Notes under the pieces: generated by a model
The model's database searches: none
The model's input: the letters and a program-made list of their open reading frames with translations, nothing else
What the model was told of the DNA's origin: nothing
From: Bigelowiella natans CCMP2755
Lineage: Eukaryota > Protista > Cercozoa
DNA length: 64,000 bases
Assembly: GCA_000320545.1 (NCBI GenBank)
Contig: ADNK01001817.1
Coordinates: 111,507 to 175,506 of the forward strand
Direction: 5' to 3'
Position numbers and translations under genes: made by a program
Shown here: piece after piece, positions 27,782 through 42,145 of the stretch
How the letters are laid out: each line of letters starts with the position of its first letter
Numbering within the stretch: position 1 is the stretch's first letter

Positions 27782-28906
27782 TTTATCACATCATGTACAC
27801 ACACATGCCTTCGACACAGCTTTGCTTGTAATTGCCACGCTATTTTCAGTGCGCTAAGTGACCTATTTTGTAACAACTCCAAGTCACACTTACCAAGTAG
27901 TTATACCAGTTAATGATGACCAAAAATGTGATTCATACAAGGAGAGTCAGAAGCCACCTTGAATCTTACACTTGAGATAATCGTTCTTATACTTATCCAT
28001 ATCTGACCTCTTTGCCTTGATGCAGAAACTCTCGATTGATTCGTGCAGCTCGTAAAATCACAAAAACTGTGGCTAGGGAGAAAGCCAGATGTAGCGATTT
28101 CAGACGATACCCAGAGAAAGTCTCAACTCCTAGAGTGTCCTTACCTTTTTCATCTGAAAATATGGTCGCCTCTTGGAGGCGTAGCAAAAAGTCAGGGATG
28201 GTACCGCAACACCATTCGCAGGAACTTCCTGTTCAAAATGAAGTGAGGGACAATCTAATGGCAGAGGGGGAGAAGGAAGCGGGTGAATTCGCTTATAGCA
28301 GTAGACTCTATGCTAGGATTCAGCCTCTTCAGGCGCGGCTGATTACATTGGATGATAGTTTTCGAATGCCCCCCACGGCGGCTGCATGTGGAACCAGCAG
28401 TAAAGCTGTTCCGTCACAAAGAAATCGATTAAGCTGCCGGAGGAGCAGGAAAGTCCACTCAAAATTAAATTAGCTGAGTCGGAGAATACGCGATAGTTGC
28501 TGCGTCTTTCTACGTGTGGTAATAATGTTGTAAAATCCAGGATTACACTATGGTAATAACCAAGTATCTGTGACATATGTATAGTATCACATCGTTAAGA
28601 ATAGACATAGCATGTTGAGCAACATGCGATGAACTCAATTTTTATAATTATATGATGACTTGTCGTGTACGGGAGCGCGCTACAAGGTAATACCACGCGA
28701 TTGTCTTGATGCAATGAAGTAAACGCTCAATTTACAATGCTTACACGCAATCCCTACGCTGAGCACGACGACGCCAGACTCGTTGCGCCATGGGCGATAT
28801 AATGAAATGCATGTATGTAGATGCAATGCCAGCATAGTCTGCGCGGCGTTCATTGTGCTCATGAATACAAAATCGTAGCTATATCATGACCTCGCAAGTG
28901 TATTAT

Positions 28907-28970
28907 AAGGCGGATGTAATAATGAAATGTTTAATTTTTTTCAATGGTCATCCTAATGTAGCTGTGCAAA
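28907..28970 (+). repeat. Copy of the short dispersed element with a perfect 13-bp flanking direct repeat
   Basis: AAGGCGGATGTAAT...TTCAATGGTCATCCTAATGTAGCTGTGCAAA lies between GCAAGTGTATTAT at 28894-28906 and 28971-28983. Confidence 0.85.
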
Positions 28971-29076
28971 GCAAGTGTATTATCGCCAGTAGTAATTAAC
29001 ATACAACTGCTATTGATTCTTTCAAGCTCCACTGGCAGCTAGACAAAGCGCCAATGTGTTGCAGGTCTAGCCATTA

Positions 29077-29201
29077 CTAGCTATATAAACTACTATTACT
29101 ACTGCTACGCTGAATATCCTCGTCATCATTACCATCGCCGTTGTCAATTATCTTGCTTCTGGTCGAATCAATTTCTGCCAAAGAAGGTGGTGGTGTAGCT
29201 T

Positions 29202-29236
<35 letters not shown>

Positions 29237-29953
29237 TCTTGCAGAGGAATAGCCTCTGATTCGAGGAGGAATGCAGTGGTGCTGGTTGAGTCGCTAAGCT
29301 GCTGCTGCGGAATAATTATAGTCTGCTGTGCAATAACTGTACTTTCTTCTTCCTCTCTTTCTTCCTTTTCACTCAGTATTTTGTTGTTGTCCACAGTTGA
29401 TGAACTAGGTGTCGACCAGCCTGTACCGCTGCTCTGATTCGTCATGGTATTATTCATAATCTCTTCTGCCGCGATGTTGCGTGCATATGTTGCGGAAGTC
29501 TCAGCTTTGGCATGTCCGTTGGCCGCATCTTTCCCGGTAGATTTGTTGGCCAACATGGCGCCCAATCGCTGTTGGACTGCACCTGCATCATTTTTAAATA
29601 TATGACTCATGTGCGTGTGTGTGTGTGTGCAAGTGTGCATGTACAGGGTATTATTATTATTATTATTATTATTATTACGATAATTTGAACTACCTGCGAT
29701 TCCTCCTAAGACTGCACCTGCTAGTATCAGCGTGAATTCGTCCTCCTGTAGCAACACATACAACAACACACGTATTACTATCATCATTATCATTATCCTT
29801 ATCATTACTATATCATCTTATACAACGAAGCTGGAGTCAAGGTACACATAATAATGCTGATGAAGGATAAGTATTTTGGATCTTTGTGGTGATTGAGATT
29901 ACTAACACTGCTGCTTCTGTGGCTTCTTCTGATATTTGTTCTCTCTCTTTCTT

Positions 29954-29988
<35 letters not shown>

Positions 29989-30011
29989 TTCTGTGTCATT
30001 GGTGGTGATGA

Positions 30012-30044
<33 letters not shown>

Positions 30045-30597
30045 CAGTAGTAGTAGCTCCGCAAAAATAATGAACGATATACTCATCTAGTCCAGCTAAT
30101 AATGATGCCGTTTTTAAACTTCTTTGCTGAGATACTTCGCTACTCCTATATTTTCTTTAATAACAAAATCATGCGCAGCTCCTCCTCATCTTCATAATCT
30201 CAACTTGGAAAATTGGATGGAGAACTCCTTCGAATTCAGCGGGGGTCATCATCCGCATCTTCTCGATTAAAGTAGTTTCCAGTTCTATCAATGCACACAC
30301 ACATACACACACACACACATGTAATATAAATATGTATAATGTGTAAAGTAATATATATTCCTCGGCACATGCTATAAATGCTGCTATCATCTGTGTCACA
30401 ATGCGTTTGTACGTATCCAGCAAACAGATCAAACAACGACAACAACATCATCAACAACAACAACGACGACGACGACGGCATATCATCGTGGTAATACCGA
30501 GTGCTTTATCCGCGTAAAGGTGCAGGACGTGGCCTGGAGAGTCAGGTAACACGCTTCGTAGCCTCTCAAAAATGGATCCAACAACTTTATACAACGC

Positions 30598-30631
<34 letters not shown>

Positions 30632-30763
30632 AGATGATCCATAGTCACTGATTACTACGATATTTCTGAATAGTGCGCAACGAGAGGTGATTAAGGTGAG
30701 AGACTACTACTACTCTCATGATCATGAACATGAATCATCATCTGTCATCATCAGAGCGCACGT

Positions 30764-30802
<39 letters not shown>

Positions 30803-31777
30803 AAGTGGCATATATGCTAACTACTACATTAAAATGCAACATCGTGAGAGGAAGAAGAGAGGAGGAGAGGAAAAGGGAGAGGGGGAGGGGGACGAGGAGA
30901 AGGTGGTGCGGAAATATGATGTCTATTGCGAAATCATAAGGTCATCTATTAATTATTACTATTGATACTGTTTAAACATAATGTAATACTTGATGTCGGA
31001 AGAAACCACGGCACGTTTCTCCGCAGAAGATCGAAGAAGTTGTCGCTGCCAGCACCCTTAAGCATGTCTCCCCTTACAACAACGAAACAAAGGTATCATC
31101 AGCTACTTCTTAATTTTGGATTAGCACGGGTAGTGTAGGAGAGCAGTTAATGATAATATTACGTTCTTATCATTACCACATCTTCTGCGACGTGAGAACA
31201 GTACTTGATAAGTGCTCCGAGAACGCTACAGAGACTTCAGCTTGGCGACGAAGGAACATCCCTTGCAGCTTAAATAGCCCAAATACGCTCACAGGATTCA
31301 CCTGTAGATTGTTAATTTATTCCGTTGTTGTTTCCCCTGTGACTGCTGCTGCTACTGCTACTTATATCTACTACTACTCGAACGACACGAATAATTAAAC
31401 GACGACAGGCTTACTACAGAGAAGGATGATGAAAAACAGCTACATCTACGACACAGCATAATAATACAAAAAGACTATGGAAGGAGAAAAACGAGGTTAT
31501 GGGAGGAAACCGGCTCAAAAATCATCTTTAAGGCGATCCAATTCGTCAGATAGCCTAAGAGTAGTTCGGAGTAGTAGCAATATTGGGAGTATATATCAAT
31601 CAATTTGCCATGGGAGGAGTCACACACATACACACAAACACACACGCGGACAATGCGAAAGAGAGAGAGAGAGAGAAAGAGAGAGAGTGAAAAAAAGGAA
31701 GGAGAGGATCTTGTGTGGAGTTATTCATAGTTAACTTGATTTACACTACGCTGTTTCCTAGACAAAGATTCACTGCA

Positions 31778-31813
<36 letters not shown>

Positions 31814-32074
31814 ATATATCCTTGATTTAGTAGTTAATTTCTCTCTTGTTATTCCCCATTTCCTCTAAACCCTCGTTCCCTGCTCTTCTTTCTGTGCGTC
31901 GTCGTCGTCGTCGTTTCTGTGTCGTCATTTTCTAGAATAGCATAGCATAGCATAGCATACCTACAACCGCACCGCCAACGGGCAAGGTCCATTGACTGGC
32001 AAATATGCAACAAAGAATTTAGTTTGTTGTTACGAAAATCATCGAGATTACGGTGTAAGGTATATAAGATTTCA

Positions 32075-32131
<57 letters not shown>

Positions 32132-32321
32132 ATGTGTGTGGTCTATTGGATGCTACAACAATAATAACAACAACTACTACTACTATTATAAGCTAGTAGT
32201 ACCGTGGGAATAATAGCCAAATGACCATCTGAATGATCCCGAGAAGGAAACCTACCACAATATAATTATACACACAAGAAGGGTATACAGCAGTCAGTAG
32301 CAGCAATTCAGATGACGATCG

Positions 32322-32356
<35 letters not shown>

Positions 32357-32366
32357 GGAGGGTGAA

Positions 32367-32444
<78 letters not shown>

Positions 32445-32639
32445 AAGGTTGCTCGGATCCGAACCGAAGAATAAGCCTGAATCCGTGAGAAATCGCAGCT
32501 CTTGGTGGCCGACCTAAGTAGTAAGTAAGTGAATTTCCATGACAAAAAAGGAGTATCATCATCATCATCATCAGCTTAGTCATCGGTCGTCTTCAAAGCT
32601 TCTCTTATGAATCTAGTCATCAATGGGGAATCACGACAG

Positions 32640-32679
<40 letters not shown>

Positions 32680-33716
32680 TAGAGAGAGAGAGAGAAAGAG
32701 AGAGAAAGAGCCTTGCTCATACACACAAACACACACACACTGTTCCTTGAAGATGCTATTGCTACTACTACTACTACTACTACTACTACTTTCTGGAAGA
32801 GGTCAACTAGTATCGTTCTATCTCGCAGCATTTCACCGACAACCAAGTCCTAGTAGTAGTAGTAGAAGGAGAATAAGTATGTTGTTATTGTTATCATTGT
32901 TGTTGTTGCAGAGGTATAGGAAATCGAGAAGAAGGGGAGAAGCAGAAGGAAGAAGAGAAGGGGGTGCATGATACAAATCATTGATATCTTTCGCAGAGAT
33001 TTAAATTAGAAGGATTTGGGAGTGATAAGGATGGATGTATAACATTTTACAAGTTATCATCATCATCATCATCATCATCATAAATTCAACAATGTCTGCA
33101 TTTTCCACCTTGAGACTTAAAATAGATTCGATATGCCGCTGAAGATCCTTTTCAATGTGATATTAAATAGTAAAACCAAAAACGCGGCAAGCAACCATCA
33201 TGTGAAGAAGGAAGAGGAGGAGGAGGAGGAGGAAGAAGAAGCTCAATGCTCGCTCTTAAAATGAAATGAGGCTGTTCATAAACGAACATGATCTCTTATT
33301 ATTATTTGTCATCGTTACAAAAAACCACCATCATTTGTTTGCTGTTGCTATTGTTGTTGTTTCTACTAGACAGAATAAGTCAAAATTGATAGGATTCATC
33401 GAAGTCAGAGCTTTATTGAATTTACGAATGCTTATAATTGTGCAACACGGTGAACAGTGCTTCTATTGAACGATGCCGCAAAACAAAACTATCATAAGTT
33501 TTATTTTGTTGTGGATAGTATCATTTTAAAAGTGTTGAATCAAATGAATGATCTTGTACTGGTAATATTTTTACCATTGTAGACTGCCGCAGACAGTGAG
33601 ACAGAAACGGAAACGACAGCCATCTTAGACCTTTTGGAACGCACATCACGTCCTGAACCATCGGCATCAAGCACTCCGACACCTGTGAAATATTAATAAT
33701 AATAATCATAATAATG

Positions 33717-33750
<34 letters not shown>

Positions 33751-33783
33751 CTCAGTTGAATTAGAACTGTAGTAGTAGAAGTA

Positions 33784-33816
<33 letters not shown>

Positions 33817-34199
33817 TAAGGCACTGCACAACCTTTCCCGGACTCAATCTTCCAAAAACCTCTGGAACGCATATAAGGTTTGAGGTAACCATATCGACCA
33901 TGCGTGTTGACATCATGCCGGCCTATATAACATACATAGCAGCAAGAGGGAAGATAGAGAATTCACCCATACCACTCAATACAAGTACAGAAAAGAATCA
34001 CCACCATCAACAACAGTCTGTATGGTATCGTGCTAGTAGCAGCAGCAGTAGTAGTAGTAGTAGTAGTAGTTATAATAGTAGCATGTTCTCCCTTGCACGA
34101 TGAATAAACTGTTAATAAAGTTGTAGAAGTAGTAGCTGTGATGATAATCATTCATTCATTCTCCTGTGGTACCCTCCGTCAAGCACCAGCGTGCAACAG

Positions 34200-34231
<32 letters not shown>

Positions 34232-34517
34232 CACCTTTGCAGGAACGATGCCTTGCCAACCGAAAATACCAAACGGCTGGTTCTCCCACACCCTCAGGGG
34301 CAATCCTATAGACATCATCATCAATCCTTTAGACATCATCATCGACAGAGCAAAGCGATTGGTGTTGACGCACTATACGACACACACACACGCACACACT
34401 CTTCTAGGTACAAAACATGTGATCAATAATTAATGTTTGTTTATTTATATGCGAAATGTTATATTTATACTCACAAGATAAATGTATATAAATAAATATA
34501 AATATATGTATATTATA

Positions 34518-34558
<41 letters not shown>

Positions 34559-34935
34559 GTAATATATGTTGATGGGTTACGTAGCACGCACACCTCTCCA
34601 TTCGATAGGATAGAAGATCATTTGAACGGCAAGCCAGTTAGTAATATATCTATGGAGGTGATGAAGGCATTAGTAACGACGAGTAACGAGGGTGATGATG
34701 ATGGATAACGATGATGTCACGATAATGATGAAATTTATATTGTTCCGTCGTTTCCAAGGACGCTGCTGCTGCTGCTGCTGTCTATTCTATTCTGTCTGCA
34801 ACAATTTTGTTGTCCTCATCTACCATCACTTTTATTACCCTACGAGTCCAGCAATTACAGGTATAATCATGTAGGACAACGGATTTGCCTAAAATAGTAA
34901 TGATATTAATGATAAGTCGTCGTTGGTCGAGTTAT

Positions 34936-34975
<40 letters not shown>

Positions 34976-35694
34976 CAGGAGCAGCAGTATCAGCAGTAGC
35001 AGGCGGCAAGTAGCATAGCATAGATGTACTACTTAAGCAAGCGAGTAGCTGCTCAGGATGATCTACATCCGTTAACTACCATAAATCGAGACTTGGCTGT
35101 GGCGAATAACCCCTGCTGCTCATCATTTGTTTCCTCGAAGACCGATAAAATAGTGCTGCTGCTCCTGCTGCTTTTAGGCCGCCGTTGACGATGACGACGA
35201 TGAAACTTTCTTAATCTGTCTAAGGATGCTGCTGCAGGAAACCGGAAAAGGAAGCCACGAGCGTCGTCTCGACGGTTTCCAGGTTCATGGTCAAGGAGGT
35301 TCGGTGCATGGGCTGCAGTACAGAGAGCGTTCCTACCACTTACAGCACCAACACCAAATACAACCTTCGTACTTATTATGCTGCTCCTGCCTTTCTCGTC
35401 TGTTGTATCTTCGAGATAGAGACATCTACCCCTCCGTCTTCTTACTCCCACCCGAAGTGGAAGTCCACCACTCAGAGGAGGAGGAGGAGGAGGAGAATAA
35501 GGACGATTATTAGCAACGGGGGTTATCATGGAATTCCACCTCCCTGCGGCTTCAATATGAATAGAAGCAGTAGGACGTAAAGACAAAAGGCTCATACTCC
35601 GTCTTTGTCCTCTCCCTTGGAACGTCATAAGAACTATTACCACAGCAATCATCATCAAACAAGGAGCACCCTTGCACAGGACTGTATCCTTCAT
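29077..35694 (-). CDS. DUF445-type membrane protein with a signal peptide plus transit-peptide-like leader
   Basis: Exon fragments IIPVIAGLVG, TNWLAVQMIFYPIEW, QPFGIFGWQGIVPAK, GFLLGIIQMVIWLLFP, GPFARWRCG, GLFKLQGMFLRRQAEVSVAFS and LETTLIEKMRMMTPAEFEGVLHPIFQ|EDEFTLILAGAVLGGIAG match the DUF445 architecture. First exon 35053-35694 has the hydrophobic CLMMIAVVIVLM followed by an R/S-rich segment. Confidence 0.8.
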
Positions 35695-38299
35695 CACTCT
35701 AAAGCCCTTGGGGTTTTACTAGGCACAGATCCCAATTCAATCCCCGCGACCCTGTAGTGGTCTGGCGTTTCTCCCAACACCCCGATGAGCGGAGGGTGGG
35801 GGGGGTAAGATTGTTGCACAGTGGCCGTGTATCGTTCTTTTGTTGTTGTTGCCAAAATACTAATTCCCCGGTGGTGACACCGAACACCGGGATTACACGG
35901 AGAGATCCAGCACCTTGCCATTACAGGTGCTGCGACAAACAACACTGAAATTTCTACGCTTACCATTCAGTGTTTTTCGACTGCGACAACCCGATTCGAG
36001 CAACCCCTTTCGACCAACGGATCCATTGTGGACTGGGCGAGGGGAGCGAACGATGAGCAGGGGGGGGCAGAGAAAGGTGATGATGGGATTCGGTTACGGA
36101 TTGATGATGATTGTGTCATTATTCGGAACCGAACGGAGGGTTGTCACCAGGGATGATAACGATTCATACCTCTCGATGATTCTTCCGAATAAATGCTTAA
36201 GAGCGACGGCGAGGCCAGCATCTAGCAGATTAAGAGTTGGTGTAGGCTTGAAAACGAGGAATAGCCACGTTACTCCTTATAACCTTTTGAAATCTCGCAT
36301 AGTTTCACGGCTGCAGCTTCGAGGAGGCGCGGGAATTGGAGAAAGCACTAACACGAATCCGGAAGAAGACGATTCGTTGAATGCAATGTCCAACAAGCAG
36401 GCTGTAGCTCGATTGGTGGCCCTATGCGAAAAGGCAGGGGTTCCACCACCTTCAAGCGATATCAAGGCTCTACGAATACTTTTGAAATCTCGAGGAAAGG
36501 GTCGATGGAACGTGTATCACGCACTTGGTCTCGTGGCTCGGGAGGAAGGCATAAACCTTCAGGAGCAACAAGTTGCCTCTGATAATCATTTCCCACCGAC
36601 TATCAATGTAGGCGACACCCCCGCCGTATCCGGAGCAAAAGTCGAGCTTGGGCAGAATGCTTCATGCTTATCCTCCTCCTCCTCCTCCTCCTCCTCCCTC
36701 ATTGCTAACACATCTCGCCAGGCGAGTGGTGTTGACGATAAACTGGCGAAGAAGTACTTCGTTGCTCCGCCGAATGCAAGCCCTGCAGACCTCGCTGACT
36801 TTATGTGTAGGATCTGTCGTGAGTTGGGAATTGAGATTCCCGATACTAACGTTGAGGCAAGGGCAAAGTGTGGATCTGCTCTTCTCGCCACTCGCAAAGA
36901 AGCCAATCTCACAAATATTAACGAAAGTCAAATAACACATCTTAATTCTGATCACTTCAACCCCCACCACCACCACCACCACTTTCATTACCAAAAAGGA
37001 TCAGCATCCTCATATTATCATGATCGTCATTATCACATCAGGTAATAACTACATAAGCGGTGAAGTCGTCGATATCTTCGCTGCACTTTGCCTGTTGGCC
37101 AAGGAAAGGGCAGAACAAGCAGGAATGAGCGCTGAATCCTTCGTTCGAGATGCAGCGCAAAGAGCAGAGGCTGTTCGTATGCGAGTGAGAGAAGCAGAGA
37201 GAGAGATGATAGCCCAGGCAGCAAGACAGGCATCACTTCTAGCCTCCAAGGAGGTTGTTCCCAGACTTGACGAGCATCAATCTATAGAGGGATTTCTTAG
37301 TAAACTCAATCAACAACAACGCAGGTTAATGCTTAGTTACGTAGTTACTACAATGGGAAAAGATGAATACAAAGAAGGAGAAGAAGGAGAAGAGAAGCCG
37401 AACAGGGAGAACAGAGAGGGGGGAAGGAGATAGAGGAAGGAGGAGACAATAGAACGGATTTTATGCAATATATTATGGCCAAAATCCTATAACAGAATGG
37501 AGTTTTTCATTCATGAATAGTAGCGTACAGTCAAAACTCTGTTATGATTTTGTTCGGAGAGGGGGCGGTTGTAGCAGCAAAGACGTTGTGAATAATCGAC
37601 CTGATGCATTGCTACTATTGCAACTACTGCCACTACCACTACTGTTGCTGTTTTTTATCATCTGTTCTCCAGAGTCGTGACAGCTGGGAAAGGTCCATTG
37701 CTCGTTGTCGCGGTATATTATTCGCATGCTACACCTACTGATCTCGATCACTACAACACACACATACATCCATGCATGCATACAAACACATATCCGGCTT
37801 TTGTATATGAACGTGAGGAGCATATATAGCTGCAAGCCTCGTCTGAGCAACGACAGCAGGCAGCATGCGCTGTTTGTGGATAACAAAGATAACAATTACA
37901 AGACAACCATATTAAACGACGACGACGACGATGATAATGATGATGATTATGATGAAAACGCTGCTGCTATTGATGAAGCATTTTGTCGTTCGGATTGAGT
38001 AGATTGTCCGTTCAATGATTATCATTCCAACTTTATAAATTACCTATCACATCATTAAAAAATGTAAGTTTATCTATAAAGTAAACTCTGTCATCACCAT
38101 CATGATTACAACTTACGGCTGCCATTGATATCTCCAGGGTGCAGGGACTGGAAAGACGACGACACTCGTCTCCCGTGTGGTAGATATTTATGCATGTGCG
38201 CGTCTGTGTGTATTTCGTAGATACTAAAGCTAGTTGGAAAGGTGATTATCGGCGATTTGACGAATAAAAGTTGATTTCAAACTAGTGCACTCATTACTT

Positions 38300-38333
<34 letters not shown>

Positions 38334-40724
38334 CTTATCCACTCAATATCTGATTTTGAGGTTTTCTTAGGTGTACCTGATTCGTTTTCGGCACGTAAGA
38401 CCTGAAAATATTCTGCTTCTTACGTTCACAAGGAAGGTGATAATGAAGAATAACGACGTTACCTGTAGTATATATTTTCTGTTTTGCTAGCCATCAATAT
38501 CGAGGAGAAATAGAAATGATACTCTATCGATGCTTCCCTCATCATCGTAATAAAATATGACCATCGTTAATTGTGTTTTATTTAACTATGGATCCTATTC
38601 AAATCATGTAAAGGCATCAGCTCAAATGCTGTCAAGGGTGAATCGTCTTCTCCCCCCTTCTCTGCAGGTTGTGCGGCTTATTTATACCCTCCATAATGGG
38701 ATTATGATAATGATGATAATGATGATGATGATGATATAATAGTGTGGCTGCCAGCAGCTATTATTCTTAATTACAGGAGATAAGGACGTCTAGTATATTG
38801 TCGGCATTTCTATTGAATAATGCGCTAGAGCACATTTTTCGAAATGAAAATCTGCTATCTTTAAACCAGATTTAGCCATTTTGACCATAATCATCATCAT
38901 CATCATCATTTTTGTATTTGCTTCCTCCTTCCTGTTCCCCAGGGCCGCGAAAGACGAATACAAGGAGGTCAAACCCACACTATTCTTGATAGAAAGTCTA
39001 TGGTATTCGTAAGCCACCGTTTGATAAGATGAGACCGATTCTGTGCACCTAACCTAGCTTTGTGTATGTGTGTGTGTTATTAATTGATTTGCTGCTGTAT
39101 ACTACAAACAAGGCACTTTCCATGCTTACTGCGCTGCGATCTTGCACCAGTACGCACAAGCCATCGGTATCCGAGCAGGTCGGTTGCTGTATTGATTCAC
39201 TGATAAATATCCTATTCTGTGTGTGAGGAGAAAGAGACAGAGAGAAAAGGGGGATAAAGAGGAAAACGAAGATTTACTACTACTAGTAGTAGTAGTAGTT
39301 GCTGTAGTAGAAGATTATGGCAATTGTTTAGCATGTTGGTGGCCCACGGCCTGGCATGTACAAAATGATGATACTGTATAATAAGTACTACATTCATTAA
39401 AAAGGCAAGAACACTGCATTCCATATAATACATGCAATACTGTGGTTTTCTTCTTAGAAGCTCAAAAACTGAAACATTATATCTCATTGTGATGACTACC
39501 AACCACTGCCCCTCCCCCCCCAAAACCTTCCGTCCAAAATGCAGCTTTCACAACTCTAGACGATGCGGATCAAACGCAGGTGCGAGTGCCTTGATCTTGT
39601 GATGGCGTGAGGAAACGAAATGATTTTGTTCGTACATATTCTATCTTCCAATTGCTACTACCTTTGTTTCCTTCATCTTCTCCTTCTCAATACTATACAC
39701 TACTACCTTTTTGTTTGCTTGCTTACTATTCCATAGGTGATGAAGGATGCCAAGGAGGCCTACTTAAGGTAGTTGTCGTTCGTTGTTAGGACATATAATG
39801 ATGACCAATACTGCTGTCTTGTCGCTCAGCAATGTGTAGTGGAGACATTATTTCTTTATGATGTAGTCCTGATTTTCGTATATACAATGATATGCACTTC
39901 TCTTTTGTCGCTGCTGCACATTGTATTATTTAAAAAATATTAAAAATAATCGATTTTCTGTACCTCTCTCTCTTTCTGTCTTTCTCTTTCTCCAACCCCC
40001 CTCGAAGCGAAATAGGCGTATACGGCAAAGAGAGGAAGAGGAAGAGGGAAGGCAAACAGTTTTTTTCAGATAAAGCTCTTGTGGGGTGAGTCGTCTACCA
40101 CTTGGTGATTATTTGCGATTAGTCAATAATGATTACCTTCAAAATAGTATATATTACTCGAAAAAAGTATCGAATATAACTCTGCTATTGGTATGCATGG
40201 AAGAGCATAACAAGCATTGCTGCTGTTTCTTAGCGTGTGTTGATATATTATGCAAGTCATCATTTGCAACATCGAATAGGTTCATTTCGCGGGCTGCCGA
40301 TGTGAGTAGTTGCAGTATTATAAGCAGCAGTAGTGGTGTAGTGTCAGTAGTAAGTAATGATAGTAGTAATAGTAGTAGTAGTAGTAGTAGAGACGTCATT
40401 TCAGAAAGAAAAATGATCTTTTCAAGAGTTATTTTTCGTTTGGTTTGATGGGTAGCTTTTGGGTATTATCATTGTGTGATGAGTTTATAACTAATATTAC
40501 TATATATTATCATCCAAAGATAATCATCTGCGTATTAGCATCGACACATTTAATCGAGTGCTTCAAGCTTGTACTGTATTCATGCTAATGTTATAATATT
40601 CACACGCACACACACACACGCACACACACATCCAAGGTACCCACGATAAGCTTTGAGCAGCATGTCAAGGAAGGGTCTGGATTTCACGATATCATGAACG
40701 AATTTGGGTCAGATTCATCGGCGA

Positions 40725-40763
<39 letters not shown>

Positions 40764-41249
40764 GACACACAGACACGTTTGAAACACTCGTACAACCATA
40801 TATCCACCATTCAAACGCCGCGATGGTAAGGATTTGGACAAAAGTGGATTTAAGTTCCTTGTCACATCGCCTCTCAGTCAATAATTTTTCCACCTCTTTC
40901 TCTCTCATTGTTTTTTTTTTCATGATTGAAGAGAAAAGGAAGGAAGGATATATTAGGGTGGCTACTCCTCCGGAGTATAGAGACATTTTTGTGGTTGGGT
41001 GTTGTTAAAATGACTGACAAGAAGAGAGATGATCAAATATCTTTCTCTTCTTCCTCTTCCTCTTCTTCTTCCTTTTGTTTTTCCTCTAATTAGTTTTAAT
41101 GAGACAGAGCTGCTTAATCACGTCAAGGCAATCCGTCGAAAGTACTAGTAGTATTCGTAGTAGTAGCAGTAGTAGTAGTAATCACTTCATCTTCATTCTT
41201 TCCTCATATATCTTCCTCTGATAAACATTAAGTTCGTGTATAGTATACA

Positions 41250-41311
<62 letters not shown>

Positions 41312-42104
41312 ATATAATTTGGTGGCGCCGAGAAAAAGATGACAAGTTGATCATAGATGTAGCACCATTAGAGGAAGATGAGTATTGCCATTGATTCTGC
41401 CTATCATCTGCTGCTGCTATTGTCGCGTCTATTACTACAATAGATATGAGGAAATAAAACAGCTCTACAACTACCAAGGTAATACTATTCCTTTTACTAC
41501 TACTCTAGTAGTAGTAATGGTCCTAGTAGTATACTATCGAAAGAAGAGGAAGAAGCATAATGACGTCTAATCAATCAAATTAGAGTAGCTGCAATGAACA
41601 CCTCTACGTGTATCATCAAGCACAGAATCACTATGTATATATCGATTCGTAACACAACCACCCACCCACCATAGATTACAGCGACCTGCAAGTTAATGTA
41701 TTAAGGCTGTTTGCGGAGAACCCTGATATTGCCCGACAGGTATGTTATTGTTTCACTCACTCATTCATTCATTTCCCAGCAGCAGCAGCAGCAGCAGCAA
41801 TAGCAGCAACAAGTGTGATTGTACTGCTGCTGCTGCTTCTTAACTGCTCTTGTTCTTCTATGCTGACAGGTAGCAAAGGACGTTGAACACTGCATCTGCG
41901 ACGAGGTGCAGGACACCAACATTCTTCAGTTTAAGGTGGCATTACTAGTAGCAAAAGCAGCGAAATCCAGAAGGAACATCGATCTTTAGCGCGTATCCTT
42001 AGTAGTTTTAACCTCCCCCCGTACATCCTATTACTAACACACAAAAGCCATCTCATCATCTTGAGTCTCTTCCTTTCCTTTCATCATTATTCATCGTGAT
42101 CATG

Positions 42105-42145
<41 letters not shown>

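Noticed and set aside
25257-27882. Long minus-strand ORFs (229, 162 and 171 aa)
   Set aside because: They are antisense to long plus-strand coding exons and have no recognisable motifs.
35700-35800. GC-rich stretch checked as a possible tRNA
   Set aside because: No convincing cloverleaf or T-loop GTTCRA in the right context. I recognised no RNA gene anywhere in the window.
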